A stretch of DNA of 63,958 nucleotides, counting the filler, from Circinaria calcarea (taxonomy: Eukaryota): NCBI GenBank assembly GCA_051942165.1. It is 4 parts of 4 records of this genome, joined end to end, with 100 filler letters (N's around TTAATTAATTAA, not from the genome) between each part and the next. Parts side by side here need not be neighbours in the genome. Positions count along the whole stretch, not along the records: positions 1 to 16,248 come from JAVECS010000328.1; positions 16,349 to 32,574 come from JAVECS010000329.1; 2 more parts are not named here. One strand, given 5' to 3'. A program made the position numbers and the translations under genes. Numbering within the stretch: position 1 is the first letter of the stretch; each line of letters opens with the position of its first letter. Under the pieces are notes generated by a model. That model was not told where the DNA came from, did no database searches, and worked only from the letters and a program-made list of their open reading frames with translations. Shown piece by piece: positions 11,042-26,750 of the stretch.

Positions 11042-12751
11042 GTGCGTTCGCTTAGCATATTCGAAGTTGGAGACCCTACTGGTAGCATGCGGGGGACAAA
11101 AAAATGGCAACCCCGACCGTAATTACCAGCTATTGTTAACCTCTAGGTTTGTGGGACCCCTCCAATGTTGGTGGTCCCATACCCGAATCCTAGGCTGGGA
11201 AGGGTCAGTAACTACTACGGCTGGGGGTAATGCGGGATTGCCATTTTTCTTGTCCCCCGCGTGCCTAGCCACTGGCCAATCACATAATCTTAATCAGGAC
11301 TACACGTCTGGTTCTCCAAATCACAACTCTCTTGATCACATGTATTAGCTATATACATGCGCAGCTACGTTCAACATGTTGGTGGAAGGTTAGCCCGTTG
11401 CTGCCATCCTCATTCATATCTCATAGCCTTCCACATAATCCTTTGTCACCTCTCGTTCTATTCTTCTTCCCGTGTCGAGAGCCTCTTTGTATCCTGCATG
11501 TCGACACAATCTATGACTACATCAAGAACGACGTTTGTTCAGTCGATTACCTCTTTTCTACCTATCCGTCGGTGACGATGTACTTCCAAAGCCATCTATT
11601 TGCTACTGGTAGCTTTCGTTCTCCTGCTGACTAAAGCTGGCCAATAATCTGATTCGTTAATGAGAGACTGTCTTATAACTGTTGACTACGGTTTGACACA
11701 GTGCCTGGATGACCATAACCGATTCGCCTCGGATCATCTGCCATTAGTTTACAAGCTGTTGGAGTTTCTTTGCCTGTTTCTGGAGCACCCGTCTTACCTG
11801 ATGATCATGCGGACGCAACAACAGTAGTAGGCACATCAGGTCCCAAGGTCAGAAAGATCGCAGTTGAAGTGGGCAGCAAAGAAGGGCGGTGAAAGTGGCA
11901 AATTGAAACGTTAAGATGAGAGGAAGTAAAGGGATTGCGGCTGCTAGTCGCGCTACAGCTACAAACCTATTGTCCTTGGCTCCAGCGTATCCAACTCGAT
12001 TACTATGGGATTACACCTCGACTGTTGGACGTCTTTGGATGCGGATCATTTGCTCAAATCTAATAATGAAGCTGCTCTCGGTAATCTGACAATGATACGG
12101 TCAATAGAATCCAACCCATCTAATATACCCTTGGCCTCTGGAATCAACATTCTGGAACACAACAGGTGCAGATGGAATGAAAGGTGGAAGGAAAGGTTGA
12201 CAGAAAGGCAGCAATGGTGATAAGAAAACAGGCAAAAAAGGAAAGGCAGGGGTAGCGAGTAAGAACGGCAACGCAGGAGGCGCGGAGAAGTCTGATAGCC
12301 GACCACTCGTTTGAACAACCCCCTTTACCCGTATACCACGGATATACTTAGCGTTACAGAGTACAAGCTGTTGATTCTGCGAGTATCAAGGTCTCTGGTA
12401 GACTGTAGTTTTACACTTTAGACGAAATCGGAGCATGGTCTTTACAACTAACCACATTACGTGCTAATCGAGCAAAATTCCTACTTTATATTCTACATTT
12501 GGGTTTCGCCGAAGGATTCATACTATATAAAATTTAAATACGGAGTAAATCAATCAGAAATTGACCGACTCCCTCAAACATAGCATTGTCGAGTTTGTGG
12601 AATTCACGCGATCTAGGCGGACGTGCTTTACACGTTCAAGGGGAGTTTGTCCACGAAACTACCGTATGCTTAACGCTAGCCGCAAGTCATAGCAACTCTA
12701 CTTAATTTATTTTTTCTGTTGAGCTTTCGTCCTCCAATTGTGACGCCGTTC

Positions 12752-15700
12752 ATGACACTGAGGTTTGCATGGTTGGCTGAAGTCCTTCGATTAGAGATAT
12801 CAGTAGCATTACCTCATCATCCCCTCGGTAGCAAAGCCTTCCACTCAACATCCCACCATCGACTTTTCTCTACCAAAATAGTCCGGTCAAGGCCCAAGGC
12901 CCCCCGGCGGAGTCAAAGAAAGATCTCGAGTGAAATACCAACACATACCCTACCTTCACCCCGATTAGCCCAATGGATTGGGAACAGCTGCGATATTATA
13001 TACGAAGACAAGCACAGTGCTCATCATCCAACAAAAGCACCACCTTTGAGCCATGAACCGTGGCGCAAAATGAAATCGTTCATTCAGTTCCTTACGACGC
13101 CTACAGTGGACACCCCTGGGACGGCGTTGATTTTACACTTTGATGACAAGCGCTATCTCATTGGCAACATTCATGAAGGTGCGCAAAGAGCATGCATTGA
13201 GCCGGGAACAAAGCTTGTTAAGGTCTCGGATATATTTCTCACAGGCAAGACGGAATGGAGGAACACGGGTGGCCTGATTGGTATGATCTTGACCCTCGCT
13301 GATGCTACACGTTCGGCTGCGGGAGCATCTGAGGTAGCTGCTGCAGAGAGGGCTAAGATGAAGGCTCAGCGGTACAACGAAAATATTTCGAGAAAAGCTT
13401 CCGCGATCCCCCCGCCTGAGCCAAAGCGGCCGGCGAAGCCAGAAAAAAAGCACACCTTGACTGTGCACGGCGGGCCCAACGTAACCCATACATTGGCGAC
13501 TGCAAGGAGATTTGTGTTCAGGAAAGGCATGCCGGTTGATGTGGATGAAATAAAAGAAAGGCAAGGAGCACACAACTGGGAGCCTACATGGAGTGACAAG
13601 AACATCCGTGTTTGGGCAATGTCCATCATTCCCCCCATTGATACAGACCCTTTATCGGATACTGGGCAACAGTCGCCTAGAAAACGAAGCTTCGATGAAT
13701 ATCAAGAATCTACATTAAGACCAGCTGTAGCACAGCTTGACCAGTTTTCGGAACAAGACGCGTTACAGGATGCAGACCGGGACCAACAAGTCCGAAGGGC
13801 TGTTGTGTGTGATATGTTCGATTCAGATTGGCGACTTGATGCCTTGGTCGAAACTCCCATTGCTCAAGTTCAAATGCCAGCAACGCTCTTCATACGTGAC
13901 CCAGAGACCAGGAAAATCGAGAAGTATGTTGGCCCGCTCCCAGGAGGTAGCGAACCATTGCCAGACATCAACGTTTTAGTTCGTAGACCTTGGCCAGGGG
14001 CGCTCATTGACCGTCTGCCACCAACCAGTCCTTCGTTGGCTTCTACATCATACATCATACGCAATCATCCTCTGCGCGGCAAATTTCAACGCGAGAATGC
14101 CGTTGCACTAAACGTCCAAGAAGGACCCTTGTTTCGTCAATTGGCAATGGGCAATCCAGTGCTGTCTAAAGATGGTAAGACAGTATTACCAGAACAGGTT
14201 ATGGGTGAGGGCAAAGTGGGCTCAGGATTTGCGGTGGTAGAGCTCCCTTCGAAAGAGTACGTGCAAGGTCTGATTGAACGGCCGGAATGGAGAGTTAACG
14301 AAGTGATGGAAGGGGTTGAACTCATCATATGGATTCTTGGCCCTGGGGTTGGAATAGATGACAACTTATCAAGGTTCATGACTGAATATGGTCATCTAAA
14401 GCACATCATTTCTTCCCAAGACTATTGTCCAAACTCAATCGCGTTGGACTCCGCGTCCTCGGCAGCAATCCGTCTTAACCAACTCGACCCCGTCCGATTT
14501 CCAATCCCTATTCACAATAACAAACCCAAATTTAGGCTTGAAGAACAAGGAGCGACTTCGATCTCTAGTCCTACTCGATCTTTGGCAGCACGCGGACTAA
14601 CAATACAACTGGAACCATCTTTCATCATCCAGGACAATGCAATCGTCCCACCATTGAATACAGCAGAAATATTGCGAGACACACCCAAAGATGTCATTTT
14701 GCTTGCAAAAGCTATTCGACAGGATATCGCCTCGGCAAAGGTCCAAACGGAGATATACAACCAGAACCTTCCTAGCGCCGATGCAGAAATTATCACTTTG
14801 GGTACTGGTTCAGCATTGCCATCCAAATATCGTAATGTATCTGCCACACTGTTACGGGTGCCGGGAAGTGGTTCTTATCTACTTGACTGTGGGGAAAACA
14901 CATTAGGTCAGCTCAGTCGTGTCTATACCTCTGAAGAGCTTGTCGAAGTCCTTCGCGATTTGAAAATGATTTGGATCAGTCATCTTCACGCTGATCACCA
15001 CCTTGGCACAACTTCTGTTATCAAGGCGTGGTATCATGCAGTCTATGGCCAGGACTACAACGCCAAAGATGAGCCAGCGATTAGGTTGACAGACCAGCTT
15101 CTTAACCCAGCGAAGGTCATTCGGGACCAGAAACGTCTCTTTGTTGCGTCTGATAGTTCCATGCTCCAGTGGCTTGGCGAGTATGCCTCTGTGGAAGACT
15201 ATGGATATGACAAGATTGTACCCCTTAATGTTATTGCAGCCAGGTTGGGCAATCCCGATACCACAAGACTTGATTGGATGAGTTCACCTCTCAACTTCAA
15301 GCCGGTCAACACCGAGATGTAGGTTGTCCTACTAAACCCTTACTAATAAATCAATCGTTCTAATCTTATAACCAGAAGTAACGCCTTAAGGGCTGCGACA
15401 GGTCTTACCGATTTTGCCGCTGCTAATGTCGCTCACTGCCACGGCGCCAAAGCAGTATCCCTCACCTTTCCAACCGGCTTCAAATTCTCCTACAGCGGTG
15501 ACTGCCGTCCATCACGATCTTTTACCGAGATTGGCCAAGACTCAACAGTGCTTCTTCATGAGGCCACTTTTGATGACGAGCTGAAAGGTGACGCAGAAGC
15601 GAAACAACATTGTACAACTTCCGAAGCCCTAGGCGTTGGCATAGCAATGGGTGCTCGAAGGGTCTTGTTAACCCACTTCAGTCAGCGGTATCAAAAGATA

Positions 15701-16248
15701 CCAGTTATGGATGGCTTGGAAGGGCAAGATCTGGAATTGGAGGAGGCTGATGGAACGAATGGAGATAGCCCCATGAGCGCATTGGATCCCGGTTCCGCAA
15801 CCTTTGGCAGCAAAACCTCCCTCGGAGAAATGGTAGAGAGCGACACCGCTCTCGATGAGATTCTCAGTGCCGATTCCCGTCCCCATCGCCAGAGCCCAAG
15901 CCGAATCAGAAGCCGAAGCCGAAGTACCAGTCCCAGCGCCATTAACAACAGCAACAACCACCCTCCGGGTAGTCCCAAAATCATCAAGGTCCACTCCTCC
16001 GGCTCAAAATCCCGGATTCAGGACATGAAGATCGGCGTCGCGTTCGACTACATGCGCGTGAAAGTTCGGGACATTGCCCTCTTGGAGAAATTCACCCCGG
16101 CGCTGCTGAAGCTGTATGAGGCCGATGGCGTGTCTGAGAAAGTAGGAGAGGGAGAGGAGGGGAAGGCGAAGGGAGAAGAGAAGGGGGATAAGAGAAAGGG
16201 AGGCGAGTTTGGGGCCGGAAGGATGGGGAGAGTGAAGGTGGGGAGGAG
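12752..16248 (+). CDS. TRZ1: tRNase Z long form (ELAC2/Trz1); 3' end cut by contig break
   Basis: TTPTVDT N-terminal motif, exosite GP motif (VQEGPLF), LGTGSALPSKYRNVS, LDCGE, SHLHADHHLG; intron 15319-15375; then YSGDCRP, HEATF and LTHFSQRY. In-frame ATGs at 12752 and 13070. Confidence 0.95.
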
Positions 16249-16348
16249 NNNNNNNNNNNNNNNNNNNNNNNNNNNNNNNNNNNNNNNNNNNNTTAATTAA
16301 TTAANNNNNNNNNNNNNNNNNNNNNNNNNNNNNNNNNNNNNNNNNNNN
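16249..16348. other. Artificial contig linker N44-TTAATTAATTAA-N44
   Basis: Exactly 100 bp; the core has TAA stops in all six frames; three identical copies in the window. Confidence 0.97.
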
Positions 16349-16349
16349 G

Positions 16350-16412
16350 AACGGGGGTGAGAATGTGGTTGGGGAGGAGAGCACGCCCTTGCTGGAGAGG
16401 GAAGAGGAATAG
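16350..16412 (+). CDS. Possible 3' fragment of an unseen gene (NGGENVVGEESTPLLEREEE*)
   Basis: Open from the contig start to TAG at 16410-16412; contains an acidic dileucine-like motif ESTPLL; too short to confirm. Confidence 0.3.
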   Translation, partial: NGGENVVGEESTPLLEREEE

Positions 16413-17234
16413 ACTGGAGTAGAATCAAACGGAGTAGGGTGGTGGTTTGTCGTCTGTGGCATCATCTACTAGCGGGACCAATTGCATAAAAGGTGGTTCG
16501 GGAAAAAAAGAAATTGCTGGGCTACCCGGCGAACGGAAGAATAGGATTGCATGGAAGGAGCGGGTCGTTCTTATCGAAAAAAAGCCCCTCCTTTTTTTCC
16601 CCCCATCAGCCACGTTTTCGTCGGTCAAGTTTGTAATTATATATCAGGTCTTCCGTAGGAACCTTGGCGAGCAAGCAGCCAGCCAGTTAAGCTAGTTTTT
16701 TGTCTTTGGCTTTTTTTCTATAAGAGAAAAAAGAAAAAAATTCAAGGGACTTTGATTGAAGAGAGTGGAAGTAGAGGATTCTTTTTTTTTTTTTTGGGAA
16801 AACAACAAATCCATCACTCATAACATTTCATACCCCGTCTGGGATGTTCTTGTTCCCGTTCCGCAGTAGTAAGTAGTAGTAGAAGGGGGGGATCAGAATC
16901 AGAAATGACCCATTTTCATTTTTCCGAGAACCAAGAGATAGATTAGATGGAGCGATTAAGCTAATTCGCATATTCTAGCCCCCCTTCCGATCAGACTGTA
17001 TCGATGCGGGCACGTGTTGAGATTTGAAAAACAAGAAAGACAGGGGAGCAATCCGGTAGCCGATATCGAAGCAGACGCTGAGTTTGGCTAATCCATACCA
17101 GAATTCGCCATATAATGTGGTAGGAGTAAGGAAAAAGAAGCATAAACGAACGCTAGAAATGCTCGCTATCAATACATCATGGGAGAGAGAGAGGGCCATA
17201 CAAGAGGGGTTAAAAAGGACTCGTTCACAACTCG

Positions 17235-20200
17235 TTACACATTACCTGTTTCCATGCATCAGTCTACAAACCTCACCTCACAGACTGAAACGGAGGAAAA
17301 ACGGGCGCAGTCACAACATACCAATCACGACCATAAACCGCAGCTTGCCCTCCTTACTCCGCGCGCCCTCCTCATACCCCAAGATGCCATCATCCAGCAC
17401 CATATTACTGCTCTTCCAGCCCCAACTCTGGCTGAAATTGAACTTGTCCGGCGCGCTCTCATACACGCTGAGGATGCGGCCACCCTTGCTGGGCGTGTAA
17501 ATCTTAAAGTACGTCTTGATCGTCGGGCGGCCGTCGACGTAGGGAGGCAGAGCCGGGACCTTGAACCGCCGGCTCGAGTGGGCGAGGTCGTCGGGTTCTT
17601 CGTCCGTGTCGGGAGTGCTGACGCCATACTTGCGGTCGGGAAGGTTGGAAAGTGTGAGTGATCCGGGGCTTTGCGAGGCTTTCATGATGCCTTGACCTCG
17701 GAGCAGACCGCTAAAAGTGTTAGATCGTGGACGTTCGGAGGAGGAACCAGGGACAAGGGTAGCGTCTGGATCGCCCCCGGATCCCGAGTTCTCCTCCTCG
17801 GTCTCAATCCTACTCTGCCGGTTGCGGCTTCGTTCGTTGCTACGTGTCAGCAACTCGCGTTCCAGTTGTCCGATATGATCGTCCACCGAGACATGACTCG
17901 TAGCTGCCATTAGCTCTTCAGGACTTCCTTCCTTTTCTTTGGCTCGATGTAGATAAACTCCTAGCTGGGTGTTCTTCGTAGTCTCGACTTTTTGAACGTA
18001 AACATTCCAAAGACTCCCTGCATACCACACGGTCCGTGAATAAACACGTTTCTTTTCCTTTAGCTGCCTAAAAGTTGGGAACTCGGCAGCGAAGCGAAAA
18101 GGTGGATAATAGGTATATGAAATCGGTAAGTTTGATTCAGTGGGAGGAACACGGCTCGGTGTTTGTGGCCGATCATGAGTGGCAGACGCAAAGTCCGAAG
18201 CCCATTGTACGTCTTGTGGTTCAATCGTGGCCGAAAGTCGTGAGAGGTGACGGGTCGTGGAGGTGCGGATGCCATGAGCAGCAGCAATCATGTCTGGATT
18301 ACCGCCCATGATCGAGGTCGCATCGGCATTGGGAATCCAGAATTTACGAGGCTTTCCATTGCCGTCCCAGCTACCTGACTCCATTTCGTCCTCTTCATTC
18401 TCGTCCGTGTCTGATTCAATTTGCTTTCCTTTGTTCCCTCCAGTTACACCATCATTGTTGATGAGGCCTTGATCTTCGTGTGACTCCACTGAGTGTTCGT
18501 CCGATACCAAGCTTAGACCTAATTCCATGTCAAGCTCCTTTGCATTCACAATCTTCTGGCGTAACTCCATTGACATCCACAATGCATTGGAGATCACTTT
18601 TTCGGGCATAACGGGAACTCCTAGGACATCCCGCTGCTCACGTATTTTCTGGAGCTGCTCGAAGCTCAAATGGATGTAATGGATACCTTCATCGAGGAGA
18701 ACAAGAAGAGCCGCAATGTCAGGGCTCGTGTACAGACCAAGCCATGGATCCCACGATTCCGGAGTCCCACGTGAACCGAATATGGAACTCTTTCGATACA
18801 CCGTATCGAATCGAATTGCGTTGAAATTCATTGAATCGGGAGGTGCTCGTCTGGCTTTTCCATTTGAATCAACCAATCCTAGCTCCTGAGCATGTGTCTT
18901 CAACTTTCGATCCAAGACCCTTTTAGCAAGCACCCATCTCTCCCACTCTCCGTCGACATAGAAACCATCCCCACCGATGATCTCTCGAATGATATCACCT
19001 GGTATACCATCCCAATATCGAACGGGCATTTCCCAGCCTTCTCGACAGAGCATGGCTTTCGCAGAGTTTAGAATACGATCGCCCGGTTTGCCGTAATAGT
19101 TGCTGGTCACTAAGCGAATGCAACAAGACAGTTTGGCAGGACACATTTGCCGCAACAGCGACGTTACGCTTGCATCTATAAGGTCGGCCATTTCTAGCCA
19201 ACATCCTGTAGCGAATAGCCCGATGGCTTCCCGATCTTCCTCTGGTGCATAGTTGCAGCCATAGATACGCTTCAAGGCCAATTCGAAGGCCGACTGGGTG
19301 ATGTTTGAATCAATGTCCTCAGGATGCAAAGTGATTTCTTTTGACGAGCTTTCAAACCACGGCTCGGAGAGTGCGGACGAGAAAAATGGCGCTCGATCAA
19401 GTAAAAGACGATGAAGTGCGTACTTGACACCAAAAGCGTGCACCGTAATGTCCGAGTGTTTGCCCGACAGTAGACCTCGATTGTATAGGTGGTTTGGCAA
19501 CGGTGCGGTTTCTGATGTAGTCGCTATTGACGTTCTCAGTCATTTCCTCGCCCACCAGGCTTGAAACAAGACATACCTCTAGTGTAAGGGGTACCACTTG
19601 AGGCTCGGCCATAAGACGCATGCCTTGACATCGAAGGCGTCGCGGTTTCTGGAGCAGCAAACAGCCTGTTTAAAGTCGTAGGCGTGCTACTGCCTCGGTT
19701 TGCTGACAACCGTGAGTCTTCCACGGTATTCGATGGATCATCGACGTCCTTCTCAGCCCTCGGTATGCGGGTCTTTCGTGAGGAAGACGAGACTCCATCA
19801 TCTTGGTAGTGGACCGATCGCCGTGGTGTACTAAAGTTTGGAAGAACGATAGCTGATAGTGGAAGCGCAGAGTTGACAGGTGGCAGGCTACTCATGGACG
19901 CCTGGGCGGTGGAGACAGAGACGGAGGAGGTAGGAGGTCCTGATGAGAAGATGGACCGACTGGGTGTGTTGAAGAGCGTTGCCTGCTGCGCCGAGGTGCT
20001 TGGAGCAGCCAGGTCCAGTTCAGGCACTGACACCGAGCGAGAGTATTCCCGGCTGGAGACTCGTCGAGGGAATAAGGAAGGGGCGACGGAGGCTTCTGCG
20101 GCCGGCGTGGAAGGTTGGGTCCGTGAAGTCGGGAGGAAGCTCCATGATTGAGTTTGAACGGATGATAGCTGACTGGCGGTAGAGGCGGTCCCGTTCAGAT

Positions 20201-20273
20201 CAGCGAGGAGGTCATGCAAGGCATGTGATGAAACCTCCGACTCTTCGTTGTCTCCTTCTCCCTGGGTCGACAT
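17235..20273 (-). CDS. BTB/POZ-domain protein with C-terminal MATH/TRAF-like region
   Basis: Ser-rich exon 20273-19577, intron ~19524-19576; HSDITVHAFGVKYALHRLLL and FELALKRIYG (BTB); PPFRFAAEF, WYAGSLWNVY and FNFSQSWGW; last intron 17246-17321 gives LRFMVVIGNV*. Confidence 0.85.
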
Positions 20274-20994
20274 TGTGAAGAAGGCCGTGTGGCGTTGGAT
20301 CAGGAGGCTGGCTAGCTTTGCTCTGTGAAGCCCGAGGACCAGTGTTGTGCGGGGCCTGTTCTTACTGCCCTGAGGAGGTCATTGTACCATATGCCTACAG
20401 ACCTTAATAGGTCAGTTCATTTCGAGCTTGTATATGCCATTCCTCAAGACGTCGACGTCGATGGATAACTAACTTATCGTCGGCGGTGGGTCCCTATTCT
20501 ATTGGCATCGAAATGCCCCTCCGACGTCACTTCTGCCCTGCGCCTCCCAAAGGGTCCCATGCTCCTGTTCTCGGCACCGAGCCAAGTGCCAAGTACCAAC
20601 CACAGTACAGCTTCACCGTCTAATCTAAAGCCTTGAGCTTCCATGGCTAGCAGGTCCTGTAGGTACACTGTACAGGTGACGTGCTTTGGTTGCGATAGAC
20701 ATCAACCCCCCCCCTGCCCACCACCAGAAAGGTACTTTGCTTTTGCTTCACTGATAGAACCCATGCTTGCGATTGACCTCTCGGTCGTCTATCGCACAAT
20801 TCTTATGCGTGGAATCCATCCATACTACCACTGACTGGATCCAAAAGTTCTGATTGTGCAATTGACGGTTAGAAGGCCAAGCAATAGAAAGAGAAGTCTC
20901 GTGTTCGATTGATAGCAATATGTACAGTAAGCCTCCCCAATACATGAACCCTGCATGCGCGAAAACCCTCTGTTTATTCGTAACGATGATGTGA

Positions 20995-22720
<1,726 letters not shown>

Positions 22721-23149
22721 GAGGTTGAAGAAGCAATGGTACGAGTAAGCGACGTGGATTACGAACTTACCGGCCTAGCCCTACACTAGATACCTGGCTT
22801 TTAAGGTTAGAGAAATAAAGCGGTAATAAAACCACAAATAAGCAGTCGATCAAATAAGTTCTAGACTGAGACAAATGTAGACCATTAGATTCATATAGTA
22901 AGATTCGACGAACGAAACGGACCTTGACATACAGAGTATATGGCGGGCCACCGATGTCAGTAAAAGCATACTGAACCGTAACCATGCAAGCACGCACGTA
23001 TATACTATCTCTAAACCCAGCCCGGCATATCGAGATCTAAATGTAATACCGCCACAAGTTCGGAATCTGCCTGTATTTACAACAATGGCAAGCGGAAATT
23101 ACTCCCTGTTCCACCCACCGCCATGCTAATACAAATCAGGCCGAAAATG

Positions 23150-26021
23150 CTAGAGCTGACCGTGCCTCGCCTTGAAAATCGATACCTTGTCGTCGTAGAA
23201 CAGAATCTCCATCAGTTTGAGCTTTGGTCGTCTTCTCTCGCCTTCTAGGCCATCCTCATCGCCCTCCGAGGTGACATCGCTATCGTCAGCAACATCCGAG
23301 TCGTCTTCTTCCTGATCGCCAGACAAAGTGTTGGTGAGAGGGAATGTACCCTCGTCGTCGTCGTCATCGTCATCATCGTCGTCATCATCATCATCTTCGT
23401 CTGTATCACTATCCTCATCCGGATCTCCCATTCCAGCAGGAGAGATTGTGGAGGTGGAGCCCGAATCCATCGAGTCGTCCAAATTTCTATTTTCGAGGAC
23501 CTCGAAACATTTCTCCGAGATTCCCAGGTAGCATATTTCAATGTCGGGACGTAGTGTCACGATGTCAACTACTTGTAGTGCTAATTCCTTGGGCCATTGC
23601 GGAGAATCGTAGGGATGATCGAAAATATGAGGGATGTATAGAGAGCGGAGATGGGGTATCTGAGGGAGTCTCTGTAAGAAATAATGCTGTATATATTATC
23701 AGTCTCATACGTCCCGTCGTAGAGGAGGCAATTCGCTTACCCATTCCTTGAAACTCATTATCATTGCCAACTCTCGTAGGCGGGACATCTTTCCACTTGT
23801 GATAAATGTCAATACTTCTTTATTTAGAATCCACGTCTTCCCTTTGAGAAGGCCTGGACCTCCTTTCTGTTCTGTGCTATCAATCATCAACTTCGTCAAA
23901 CTCGAGCGATGACGTCGAAGCGGTCCACGGTAAATTGCGTCGAGAGTGACCTTTGAGCCCGAAGTGTTGCCGCCTTCCTGAAGAAACATCCACTCGAGGC
24001 TATTCGGAGCAAGAGCTTCCTTTAGGAAAGTTATAAGACCAGGTGTGACATTGTTGGTATGAATCTTCTTGAGCTTCAATCGATACTCTAATGGAGGCGC
24101 AGATGGGAAGTTTGACGAGGGAAGTTTGCGTGAGTGTGACTCGGGTGTACCCTCTATAGATTGAGTTGCTAAAGGAACGTTTATTGACTTTGAACGGGGA
24201 GAGTATGTACGTCTCAAAGCTTTCCAGAGCTCTTCGTCTGATTCGCAATTCAGTAGCGTAAGACTAGTCAGTACCGACCAGTCAATTGCTTTCTGCAGCA
24301 CCACGGTCTTAATAGGAACCCGTTCTAACTCTAGTGTCTCCAAGCTTAATTTTCTGGGCTTGGAGGGAGAGCTGACAAGTCTAGATGTCTCGAGCGAAGC
24401 TAAAGACTGCTCCTGTACAATATGTACTGTATCCTGAGACGCAATAGATTTTGAGTGGTCATGATGTTGGGGATTTGCTGGTATGTATGGTGCGGTACTG
24501 AATGGTAATTCCGATGCTTCAGACGCTTGCATCAAGACAATCAGATCGTTGACAACGGAAGGGGTTACCCCAATAGCGCTAGGTGGAGAGCGATGGGCCA
24601 GTTTGGAGGCAGGCACGTCGAGGCCGGGGATATGGTCATTTAGTAAGGACATTTCCGTTAAATGATCTGGACTTTCTTGAGGATCGACAAAATTAATCAA
24701 AACTGTATCATCTTGCAGCTCAGCTGTCCCCTCGGAGTCCGGCATCGTGGCTATAACCTCCAGGGCTCCTGATCCGCCTTGTTTAGTTGCTGACTGACTC
24801 CCTTGGACATTAGAACTCAGAGGATAGATCCGTCCGCGACAGTCATAGAATTCACTCATGATTAAACCAAGTATTCCGCCTGAATTCAAGTAACTCATCT
24901 TCGTGTCAATGTGGTTGAGACTTACGGTGGCATTTTGATCAGGGCTCGACCAGGCTTTTGCCAGCGGAACTGATGCTGTACCTACCCTAAGCTCGCGCAG
25001 GCGATCTTTTGAGCGTCCAACAAGTATAGAGAGCTCAACCAAATAAGCTGGTTCGTCAATATCCAAGACCGTAATACTCTTGAGCGGAGGAAGAATGGAT
25101 AAGTTGGGATGCTCAATACTCCGGTAGGACCTTTCCAGTAGGGTTGGAGGCTGATTCACGTTGTTCAGCGCTTGAACATCCAAAGGCGTACCTGTCAACG
25201 CAGGTTGAGAAACTGAAGCCAAATGAGGTACGCTAGCCTGCTCATGAACTCCAGATAGTGCAAGAATAGTATGATTGTTATGCCACCTGATCCATACTTT
25301 CTCAAGCTTTGATTCTTGACCGTTAGGACGATCTCCTAAGGATGAGAGGGCAATCCAAACGTCTCGGAGTATTCCAGTAGGCATATCCCACATGAACGTC
25401 TCGAGCTTCGACATTCGGGCGACTGCTAGTGCAACCAGTGTACCGAGCATTTTACCACTCTCCTTGGAAATATAATATTTTTTTACCCACTTTGATGGTC
25501 CATTCCCAAGAGAGAATTTTCGAGTGTATTGCGCAAAGTAATTACCCTTTCGCCTTCTGCACTGTGGCGTTCCCGTTTCGATTTTTACAAGCTTAGTGTT
25601 GGTCTCCCCACAGTGAACACAGGTGTAGGAGGCTGTTTCCGCTTGAACGTGGGCATGTGAATCCCCGAAGACGTCCATAGACATGACCAACGTTGAAAGT
25701 CCATACGTTAGCGCATCCACGCCACTGTGTGCCCCTCCCATAATTGGCCCATCGGGCCAAACGATATCGAATCTAGAATAGATGTAGGGGATTGCGAGAT
25801 TATGTAGAGCGGAGTGGGTTAATGCTAAAGACGTAAGATCGTTTGTATGGGTAACCTTGGTAATTGTTAGTTATTCTATCGTCAAGTAAATCGGGGACAG
25901 AACAAGCCTCCTGTATGATTAGTTGAAGCACATCGACCGGGAGGTCAAGTAGCTGGAGGGGCCTGTTTCTCTTCACGGCTGTGGGTTTTTCTTCGGCTTT
26001 ACTCGTTGACATCTTTGTCAT
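23150..26021 (-). CDS. F-box domain protein with acidic C-terminal tract
   Basis: LLDLPVDVLQLIIQE|VTHTNDLTSLAL F-box; ORF 23705-25741; intron from 23740 leading to HYFLQRLPQIPHLRSLYIP; poly-Asp tract; ends DKVSIFKARHGQL*. Start is 26021 or 26012. Confidence 0.82.
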
Positions 26022-26750
26022 CCTTTCAGCTGCGAAAAAGAGCTTGTACAGAATCCCCCACACCCCCAAACTTTATGTCTCAAGGTTGCACGGTGGTCGA
26101 GTTTGCTAGCAATGTAGGTTGAAAGAAACATGGGTAGCTCGTTCTCTCGACTGATCGAGGACCATGTGGTACCTAAGAACTAGAAGAACTCTGGACACCT
26201 AAAGAGCCCTTCAGCTTCACCTTTCGTGCTACTTTGAAGTATTTGGTGAGGTTGCTAGCACAGGATAGTTACAGAGTAGAGCGAGTTGATTTGACTACGA
26301 AGCTGACTGAAACAATTAAAGTTGCTGACTGGGATTCGGATAAGCGAGATGGTTCAGCTTTTGACTTAACTAGCTCAGCCCTGCCTAGCGGCGGGATGCT
26401 AGCTTGACACAGTCTTATTGTGGTACGTATCGAGGTTTTGAGGCTCTGCTATCTCCGTACGGAGTAACAATTAATCCAATCAAAAGCCACTACGCATGTT
26501 GACAAATTTACCTTCGGCATCATTTCTACGCCATATCACTCATAGACTCTCTTTGGAGCTCGATTAACGATCGAAGAGATTATGTAGAGTTCGACCTCCT
26601 CGATATCAACAAGATGGCCCAGACGTTTTGGCTCTCGCATTTTGCTCATGCCTGACTACCTTAATCATGGAAGCTCTGATGTCATAGGAGTAGAGCCCCT
26701 CAATATGTATTTGGGAGATATTTACCGAACATTTACTCCTCTGAGTAATA

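Noticed and set aside
11340..12320. Small gene between RPS18 and TRZ1
   Set aside because: Only short frames; no coherent spliced model or recognisable domain.
16293..16304. TTAATTAATTAA as a biological palindrome or recombination site
   Set aside because: Identical, N-padded and stop-in-all-frames at every junction; it is a pipeline spacer.
16200..16412. TRZ1 continuing across the gap into 16349-16412
   Set aside because: The linker is not a sized gap; nothing links the fragment to tRNase Z, and the last TRZ1 codons may be unreliable.
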